DNA of 64,000 nt from the NCBI GenBank assembly GCA_000165425.1, contig CT868012.1, positions 124,001-188,000 of the forward strand. Direction: 5' to 3'. The DNA is from Paramecium tetraurelia. Its lineage: Eukaryota. Positions 54,556 to 64,000 of the stretch are shown one piece after another. The stretch's first letter is position 1. The number at the start of each line of letters is the position of its first letter. The notes under the pieces were generated by a model. It was not told the origin of the DNA. It saw only the letters and a program-made list of their open reading frames with translations, and made no database searches. A program made the position numbers and the translations under genes.

Positions 54556-55520
54556 TCATTGTTGTAATTCCTATTATAAATCGTTTAACAATTTTTGCTC
54601 CTCCTCTTAAATCTTTTATAAGTCTTGCTTCGAGGGTTCCAATTTAATTATTCTATTGCTTTCATTCAATAATTCACTTCTGGTCATTCTTCCTCTTGCA
54701 TTGATGTAATTTATTAAACTCTAATTTCTTTAAAACGAATAAAATACCTCAATTTCATTTTATCTTATGTGAATGTATTTACCTCTTTCATCTATTAGTC
54801 CATTTAATGATCCCAACATTTCCAGTTGTTTTATCTTGTCCACTACCTCAGTTGTACTGATACCCAATTCAGCACTGACTTCTTCCAACTAAACTACTTT
54901 TCTTAATTTGATATAATTTGCTAATCTTTCATTAAACTCTTTTGTTTTTTGTTCCTCTTCTTCTGCTGATAACTTCATAGTACCACTCTATTCAACTTAG
55001 AACATGCTCTATAGATTAATTTAATATAGTTTACACTCCATTTGTCAAATTCCTCTTGTTCTTTTTATTTTTATTCTGCTTCAATCTTCTTTCTCCATTC
55101 CTCCTCTTCTTATTCTTATTATTCTCTCTACCTTTCTTTCTCCTCATATTCTTTGCTTCTTTTTTCGTTTTTCTTCTCCAACATTTCTATTTATTATCTA
55201 ACATATTATTATTGTTATTGTTTCTTTTATTTTCTGGCTTCTCTTTTAGCTTATTATTCTGCATTCTAAACATCTAACTCTCTATCTGAATCATCATCTG
55301 ACTCTACTTCAACTCTGTTTATTTATCTTCTCTATTAATTTTATTATTATTGTTATTATCCTTATTATTATTATTATTGCTAAACTTATCCTTATTATGC
55401 TTGTGGTTAACCTTATTAAACCACAGTCTGAGCCTTGCCTTTTTTCTTTACAAACAACAAATAATAACTTCCTCCCATTACTAAAATTGACACCAATAAA
55501 AACACTATGTCGAAATTCAT
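54556..55520 (-). CDS. DDRGK1: DDRGK domain-containing protein 1 (UFBP1, UFMylation adaptor)
   Basis: N-terminal TM, E/K/Q-rich linker, YIKLRKVVQLEEVSAELG, LNGLIDERGKYIHI and YINARGR. Confidence 0.92.
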
Positions 55521-56171
55521 AAATTATATTTATTTATATTCTTAAATATTTCAATTTATTAATCTAAATAGACATTATTCATCAGATTAGAATATATTTT
55601 ATAAATTAGAAACAGAATTACACCAATTTTTAATTTTGCAGAAATATTGACTTAATAAAATACTATTCATAATATAACAATGTATTAGATGAGAGTAGAA
55701 TGGTTATTTATAAGAAATGAGGGGTTTTGTTTAAGGATATACAATTAAAATATTAATCACCTTAAAGAAAATCACTTATTATTATTGAAATAAAAAGTAA
55801 TGACTATTGTGATGTGATTCGTGGGATGATATAAAAGAAATAGTAAAATGTTTAAAATGAAATAAAAGAATTTCATCTAGTTTTTTAGAAAAATCAGGAA
55901 AAGAAAGCATTAGAGCTGAATATTTGACCACTGAAATTATAGAAGGTTGCCAAATACTGAAATATCATAAGGTGGATTAAATCAATCAAGGATATATTCT
56001 TAGAAATAGAAAGGAACTGACAAATCTAATGGTCGAATTACTAATTGCTGACTGAAGTGTATTGCCAAATATCTATCCTAAGTTATAAGGATGTTTGGAA
56101 TGAACAAGCCAAGCTGTTTGATACAATTTATATTGATATAATTAATAAGATAATTATATCAAATTTAAATA

Positions 56172-58925
56172 ATGCAAGAGTAAATAATCTAAGAGAGTTA
56201 TTCTTACTTGGAGGATTTAAATACAAAGGTCCAACATACTAATACATTGGCATTAAATTAATACTCAATAGGTTGATGGTTTTAAAGCATTCATAAGAAA
56301 TATTCATCAATCATTTTGTACTCTATGCATGCAATTAAATGAATATTCTGAATAATTTTACACATAATTGGTTAAGACACCAGAGGAGAATGAGCTGAAT
56401 TTATTCTATTATAACCAATTATCAAATGCCATAATTAATGTTTCGCACAATTTAGAAAAATTAATGGATGACATGCACTAGAATATAATTTAACCTTATG
56501 AAGATTTCTCTGCAAATTACTTTTAAACAAACAGTACCTTAATTATAAAAGCAAAAGAGTTCCTTAAGCAAGTCTAGACTCAAAGAGAATCCCTATTTAA
56601 TAAATAGCAAGTTTATCTAAAGACAGCTTATGACTTAGAAAAAAAGAAGAATTCTAAATAATTGCAGTCAAAAGCTGACGAGTTATTTGTAGATTACAGA
56701 TAAGAATTAACTATTGTCAATTAATTATGGCATATATTTAATGAAAAATTTAAATCCCAATTTGATGAATATGATTAAAATGAATTAGCAAGAACTCAAC
56801 TTACCAAAACGACTTCAGAAAATGTTGTATCTCATATTTCAAAAGTTACTAATATTCTGAATTCTAAATTACAATAAGTGTTGGCTTCTTCAAATGAAAA
56901 GTTCTCTCTTATACACCAGAAACATTCAAATGAAAAGCAGCCAGTTTTAAAAAACATTATGAGGAATAGGACCTTCAATGTGTTCAAGGTTACAAAATAG
57001 GATAATTTTATAACGTATGAGGATTGGATTGCAAATATTAATTCTCATGATAAATTTGATCCTATTAATCTTTAAAAGTTTAAGTTAACATAATAAATGG
57101 AATAACAAATAAACATATTGATAGATTTAGTATAGCAGGCAAAAACATAGGATTATAATAAATAATAATTCTAATCCGTATTAGATATTGATTTTGAAAC
57201 TTTATTTTAATGTTAGGATACAAGAATTAAACTACTTGATAGTATAATCTAAATCATAGATTAAGCACCTACAGATGTCATTGTAATTAATCCATCATCT
57301 AATGATCTTTTAATATTAATTGCTAAACATTTAATTCTAAGTAAAATTAATATTAAGTATTTAAGACCTACAAAAAGATCAAAATTTTAATGTAGTAGAA
57401 TTCAATTAACTGCTAAACTTTATTACATAATTTGGAATGAGAGAAAAAAATCAGTTTATTGCAATAGGACAACAAGCTAGTGAAAAAACATTCTTGTTTT
57501 ATGAAAAAAATAAATGGCAATAATTATTATTGTATTTAAACGAAAAAGAAAACATGTCAAACACTAATAAATGTGAAAACCACAATTAAAATAATAGTAG
57601 ACATACCAAACCAAAAAAAACCTAAATAATTAATTTATTATATTAAAAAAAGAGAATAATAAATGAAAAAATGACTCAGGAACAAAGACTCAACTATTTA
57701 AAAGTTTTATTGAATTTATAAAAGATATGCTCAATAATGCTTAAATTGGATATAAAAATAGACTATGCAAGTGAAACTATAATTATCCTATCTAAAATGT
57801 GTAATATTAGAGTACAAGATATAGTTTTATTGTTAGAATAGTTTGAGTCAATAAAGATCTATATGGAATAAATTTAGCCATAATCTCCAAAAACTCAACA
57901 GTTAATAATGGAAAAAAAGAGATTATTTTACACATTAAAAAAATGCTTGAAATATTTATCATTATCTGATTAATTGACAATTGTGCAGATTAACAAAGAG
58001 TTCTCTTAATTAAGCATGAAGATTAAATAGCGATACTTATGTTTAAATAATCTAACATAAAGATCATCAATCAAGCGAAAACTTTTATGGACTAGTTTAT
58101 TGCAGCCAGAGAGCATCTAACTTGATTACTACAAGTTAAAGGAAAAATACTCAAAATAAGCTGGAGTAAAGGAAGCCACTTTAGAACATTAAATTGCGTA
58201 AGATGTTTAGAGATCATTTAATAGTGGAGGCTAACAGAGCAAAATTAATCATCTCACATTGCATAATTTACTTAAGTTATACGCATATTATAATAATACA
58301 ATCTCCTATACGCAAGGGATGAATTTTGTTATGGGCTTCATATACACTATAATGATTGAAGAAGAATTAACATTTAGATGTTTTGCAGCTTTGATTAATC
58401 AATTATTGAAAGATGTATTACTCTATGATCTCAAATACATAAGAGTGTTCTTTTATAAGTTGGATAGAATATTGGCAATATTTATGCCAAAAATTCATCA
58501 GCATTTGAAAGAGGAGAAAATTGAAGCAGGTCATTATTCAGCCCCATGGTTTATAACTTTATTTACTGGATCATTTATGAAAAATGAATTTTCAACTGTT
58601 CTTTTTGATATATGGGATGTATTATTAAGTCGCGGTTGGTGTGGATTTTATTAAATTATTTTGGGAATATTTTAGACTTACGAGGACAAGATATTATCTA
58701 TGAAATTTGATGTTTTATTATAATTTTTAAATAATTTGAGTAAGGCTGAATTTTTCACATAAAATACTGATGTAATTATGTAATCAAATATATTAGGAAA
58801 TAGCATCTTTAAAAACTTTGAAGTATCGTGCACTCAAATTCAAGGTTACAAACAAAATGATTGAAGAATTAGATAAAGAATACTACCTCGTAAGATAGAA
58901 AATAAATAATTTAATGAACTCTTGA
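56172..58925 (+). CDS. F-BAR-like helical N-terminus plus TBC (Rab-GAP) domain protein
   Basis: QIAQDVQRSF (Arg finger), SYTQGMNFV (Gln finger), PWFITLF and IWDVLL. The N-terminal exon is joined via a 22-nt GC-AG candidate intron. Confidence 0.85.
56250..56271 (+). other. Candidate non-canonical GC-AG intron (gcattaaattaatactcaatag)
   Basis: The unspliced frame hits TGA immediately. Removing these 22 nt fuses the 26-codon exon from ATG 56172 to the long TBC frame. Confidence 0.55.
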
Positions 58926-59029
58926 TTTGTATATTATAAAATTCATAATCAAAACATATTCTATCTATTGACTAAATTTCAAATAAACTTGAATATTATA
59001 AATTTATAAAAAGTTATGTTTTTTTGATG

Positions 59030-59620
59030 AATATCTGATACTGATAGTAATAATTCATTTGATCTTTAGATTGTGGTTATTCCAAATCCTGCGAAGACAA
59101 TTCTTTAAGATATTCAATTAAAAAATGAGTAAGAAAAATAAAACAGTATTATTAATATTATTAAAAATAATTTTAGATAGTTTAAACTTTGAAATTCGTC
59201 AAATTTCTCAATGATCATTTTTAAAATAATTTATCTAATTAGAATACTTAAAGTTCAAATGAAATTTAGGAAATGCTGCTGAATGATCATATTTCTATGC
59301 CTTTTCAGGTTCAAACTGAAACCAATATTATGATCAATAATATAGAATCTAGAATACATTCAAAGACACACACTTAAAAAAACCACTTCTCATTAAGATT
59401 TTACGACAATTAAGAATAGATAAGTACACAAAGAGAGTATTATATGTATTTATATTATAGCCTTACCAAATACATAATTAACTTAATTGTATTTCCATCT
59501 CTAGATTCCGAAAGTTAGTAGCTGGAGAAAAAGAGATGTTCATTTACCCAATATAAAGACCCTCCAATTTAAGTGATATATTATTAATTTGAAGTAATGG
59601 TTTTAGATAAATAATTATAA
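59030..59620 (+). pseudogene. Degenerate hypothetical gene
   Basis: Two intron-like GTATTA...TAG elements and a coding-like middle frame, but TGA codons at the 5' end and a phase conflict. Confidence 0.3.
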
Positions 59621-59631
59621 TTATAATTGTA

Positions 59632-60697
59632 ATGAGTTAAATAATCAATTTAAGCAATATTATAAACTAAGAGGAATTCAAACAGTCTAAAATATAGGGG
59701 GTAACTAAAACTATATGCAAGCTGAGTAATTTCATCAATCTAATTAGAATAATCCACTCATTAAAATGTTTAGATCTCAAAGAAAATCATACTTCCAATC
59801 CTATCTATATCTAGACCAATTTCCACTGTTATTAAATCCTCGGTTGAATTGAAATTGGCTTTATAATGCCCTTAGGAAAGATGCTTAGGATCCTTATGTG
59901 AAAATCCTTGCACTTACAATTACAAAGTTTGTAGAGTTGATTAAAAACATGATCTTTTTATCTTTTCTCTTTAACAGTACGATAGACATCAATATACGAA
60001 ATAGCAAATTTGCTAAATTATTAAAAATATGAATGATCAATATAGTTAATAAGCATTAGAATGTGTTGAATAGAGATTTAAAATTCTAGACAATTTTTAA
60101 CAATAAACATTAATATCAGACAATGAATTAATTGAATTTGAATAATCCCTCCATAAATACCCTTTTTAATGCACTCTATAAAATGTTAATACTAATAATA
60201 GCACTCTATCCTTTAGGATTATAAATCAAAAATTCTTAGATCTTATGGGAATTACTAAAGATATGATGTTCGATCATCTCAATGAGACGCAAGCCTTACC
60301 CACAATATTCAATCATGATGGTTCATTGAAGAATTGGTGTGAACTGGCTCAATATTCAGTTGAAGGTAGAGAATTTTTTGATTACTATCTGAACACCTAT
60401 GAAGGTTCACAATTTAGATCAAAGGTTTAGTAAAAATAGATTTTTAAATCCTCTCCCCTGGATCCAAATTAAATTATATTCATTGAATTCAGAATCATAC
60501 ATGCTGATCCTAAATTGTTATCCAATCTTTGTAATTCTACAAGAATCCTGAAAAATCATGCAGACTATTTTAATCTGAAAAATAGTGATATCATTTTAAA
60601 CTAGTTCAAACAATCAACAAAATATTTAGATGCCAAGAATTATAAAATTACTAAACCTTGTGGTTACAAAATTATAGATCAAAATATAAAACCTTGA
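59632..60697 (+). CDS. Hypothetical protein; possible PAS-like C-terminal region
   Basis: One 22-nt intron gives a continuous frame including RIINQKFLDLMGIT..YYLNTYEG, ending PCGYKIIDQNIKP*. Confidence 0.72.
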
Positions 60698-60756
60698 AAT
60701 ATATATATATTATTTTTATATTTATTTATAGAATCATTAATTGAGACATTTAACAA

Positions 60757-63207
60757 TCACGAAGCAATAATCAATAAAATAAATACACAAAACACATCCA
60801 AATATAAATCACCATTGAATTCTAGAAGTTCCAACATTTTTTCTAATCTAAAATTCCGAGGATGTATAATGCCATGTTACTAAATATTCTCCATCTTCTG
60901 TGAAACTTCCGAATTTACGATAATCGTCAAATTCTATTATTTATTGTATTTCATATTCTTCATCATTTAATTATTTAGTAATGTACATATATTTGTTATG
61001 AATATTAGCAAAACAACCTTTTGTTGATAAGAATTTAGATGGAAAATATTGATAATCATCGTCTGCTTGAACTTACTTAATATTATGATTTGAAGTCTAA
61101 AAGGATTAAAATTCAGAATTATATTGATAAATGTGGACGTTTTGATTATTGTTAGGTTGAAACAAAAATTGAGTTTCATTAATGAAAAGGATTCTATTGG
61201 CATAAGTTTAAAGTTGGATGATTTGCTTCTGCTCAATTTGAAATGATTCTTTAATCTCCCAAATGATAATTGATTTATCATAACTACAAGATACCAAAAA
61301 GGATTCAGATTTATTTAATGATAATCCCAATACAGCATCACTATGAATAGTTAAAGTTTAGGTGCATTCAAATGCCTAACTTATTTCATTTTTGAACCAT
61401 TTCTTTATAGTCCTATCTCGACTGCCAGACAAAAGTATTTATTCATCTTCTGTCTATATCAAACATAATACCCAATCTAAATGACCTTGTAACACCTATA
61501 CGCATTTCCAATCTTTCTAATCAATTTAACTCCAAACTCTGATAGTCCTATCATCACTCCCAGAGAAAAATTGATTTATTTTCTTGCTAAACAACAAGCT
61601 GTTAATATCTCCTGAATGTTATTTGGCTTAGTATGTTTAAACTATCCTCCCTCTTAGAAAATCAAATATTTTAATTGAGTATATGCATCCAGCAATCATA
61701 ATGTTTCCCTACTTATTAAATGCTAAGGCATTACACCATTCAGCTTATTTTTTAGTAAAAAATAATTAATAATCGATATACTTATCAGACCATTTTAATT
61801 ATTGAATTCTCCATTCTTCTAATGATTTAAACTTATTCGGTTTTTTAATTTTCAAATCTTATATTTGTTCTTTCTATTAAGCTTAAGAATTATCACTCAA
61901 TGTGCTGTTTGTGCTTCTTTTCATCCTTCCGCTATTTTATCTTAATCTAAAATTATTCTTGGGTGACTAACAATATTCCTATTCATTAATAAAACACAAA
62001 TTCAATAGGGCTATTTGATTATTAATTTCTTATAATTCTTCTATGCTGTCCTAGAATATGCAATCGATATTCAAATTTTTCAACTTGTATTTAATTTCCA
62101 TATCCTTCAAAGTTTATCTCATTTATTCTGGTTTACTCAATATATCTGCTATATCTAAGATTTCATTAAGAGTCATAGTATCCCAATCTTTACCAATGCT
62201 ACTTAGGATTTTAAAGACTTCCAAATCTGTCTATGCCATGATCCCATTCAATTATATTATAATTGCGTTGATTTTTTCAATAAATGAACTTTTCAATTAA
62301 AATAACAATTATTTGATAATTCCGATTTATGATGTTCTGGATTAATAAAACTATGTCAGGATTTCTGATTATTATCTTTCATAGTTTCTCCACATGTTTT
62401 AACATTTTGACAAAGATGTAAAAATACATGGGTCGCATTCTACACATCTTGCCCTATAATCTCTTTCTTACTACTCACTTAAATCAAATAGTATTATTTC
62501 CTTATCATGTTATTTGCAAATCAAATCTAACTTTGGAGTTCTCTTTTAACAATATATTAATATATTCATACTTAAACATTTAGCTTTTTATTTTCTTCAT
62601 TCATCTCATTATTATCTATTAATTTTATCTTTTTTCTTACGTCCACTTAAATTATTAACTCAAGACACTCATTTAATATATCATCTTATTACAAGCTCAA
62701 TATCTAATGTTATATTTGATTCTAAAATTCAATAACACTCTACTCTTCGCCAATCTTCCTCATTCTCTAACATTTTGATAATTCCTCTATTAATTATTCT
62801 CCAAAATTCCGTATATTTAAGGTTCCACAAAAATTTTCAAATTAATCATTTTACATTCCTCCTTAATCAAAAATCAATGTGCTGAGTTCTATTCTTTCGT
62901 TTATTTTATTGTTTATTTAATCAAATGTTGACGAAAAGTGATTCTGCAATTTCTACACAATCATTTGCATATTTTTTAAGAAACCTATTTTCTCTTTCTA
63001 TTCCTCTTCATATTGATTCTAAAATTCCAATCTGAATTATTCAAATACTAATTTAGCATCTTTCAACAAAAATATGTGCTTATTGTTCGCTTTTTCTGCT
63101 AAACAATTCTCACACAAAATTGAATAATTATTTTCATCTCTTATCTAGCACTCTACAGCAATTCCAGCCTTTTGATGATACTAACAGCTTTCTAAAGCCT
63201 AAGACAT
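60757..63207 (-). CDS. Zn-binding N-terminal motifs, coiled coil and C-terminal WD40 repeats; C-terminus appears truncated
   Basis: CQYH..LCENC and ICKQH..RCVEC. WD repeats CNALAFNK, LFSKKINQFFSGSDDRTIRVW, GHLDWVLCL..FCLAVE. Ends before the usual last blade. Confidence 0.75.
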
Positions 63208-64000
63208 CGCCTATGACACAACAAGATTAACTTTAATTCAAATAATCAATATCCGCGTATACAATTTATAACATATTTTATCATTGAATACTATTTGGTA
63301 AGAAATTATATCATTCATTATTTGTGCCAACTTTTTTCATTCAATTTTCCAGATTCTAAAACAAAGACTTACATTTTTAACCTATTAAGTCAATAGGAAA
63401 GAATAATTATCTCTTGTTAAATCATAATCATTTTCTAGATTTCTATAAACTAATAATTTTTCTTTATAATTTAAATGAAAATACTTAATTTTTTTATTCA
63501 TAATCTTTGTTATTTACTTATAATTGCTAGCCAATTCTTTTAGGAAATTAATTAACCTTGCTTGTAAAGACTTCTAATAATATTGTCAGATTATTATAAC
63601 TTTAATTATATATGAATTAAAGAATCCCTATATAAATATTATATTGTAGAAAGATATTTATATAATGAATATTTTTAATATGTATTATCCTCTTTAAACA
63701 TAATAAATTGGATTAGAAGTACTTTTCCAAGATATAATATTTAGATATCATATATAGTATTTTCAATTCTTATTATAAATATAATTTAGATATGATAATT
63801 AATGTTTTTTTCAAATTTAAGATGAATAGAGAAAAACATGACTTTGTAGTCATCTAAGCAACACTATTTTCATAAATTAGAAGAATTAGAACTCAAGATT
63901 AATTGATTATTTTTAATATATCAAATACCAATCAAAGAATAAATAGTAAATAAATTATATTAAATTGAATTAAGTAATTTAATTATGAAATATACTTACG

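Noticed and set aside
55042..55277. Hydrophobic F/L/S-rich plus-strand ORFs
   Set aside because: They are antisense shadows of the E/K/Q-rich DDRGK1 linker. The same applies to 22902-23876 (CFAP44) and several other ORF-track entries.
55620..56160. Possible small gene between DDRGK1 and the TBC gene
   Set aside because: Multiple TGA stops in the plus-strand frames examined and no recognisable motif; at most a relic.
1..64000. In-frame TAA/TAG as evidence of mass pseudogenisation or stop-codon readthrough
   Set aside because: Explained by the known ciliate Gln reassignment.
63210..64000. Long AT-rich gene-free tail as possible telomere, IES or transposon end
   Set aside because: I saw no C4A2/C3A3 telomeric repeats, no convincing TA-bounded inverted IES consensus and no transposase.

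Overview
AT-rich, extremely gene-dense eukaryotic DNA from a ciliate macronuclear chromosome, very probably Paramecium. TAA and TAG read as Gln, TGA is the only stop, introns are 20-32 nt GT...AG, and many intergenic gaps are 10-60 bp. The supplied ORF track uses the standard code, so it fragments real genes and reports antisense or wrong-frame shadows. Re-reading by hand in the ciliate code gives about 33 genes or gene relics. Recognisable ones: VMP1 (5' partial, frameshifted), a PTB-like RRM protein, CFAP119/C1a-32, dynein-1 light intermediate chain, a TTLL tubulin-modifying enzyme, two adjacent intronless proteins of about 8 tandem ubiquitin-like domains each, an apicomplexan FBXO1-like protein, CEP19, CFAP44, Vta1 with a very long polyQ, a FYVE-coiled-coil-CaaX protein, a Sec23-type Zn-finger/vWA protein, a large Sfi1-repeat protein followed by a frameshifted centrin-binding-protein relic, a degenerate macrodomain, a TPR/U-box E3, a CNBD channel with an altered selectivity filter, DDRGK1, an F-BAR-like/TBC RabGAP with a candidate GC-AG intron, and a WD40 protein. 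A 59-aa microprotein with a TTDN1/SICKLE-like C-terminal motif is also present. I saw no RNA genes, telomeric repeats, CRISPR arrays or transposons. All family calls come from manual translation and motif recall; no database search was run.
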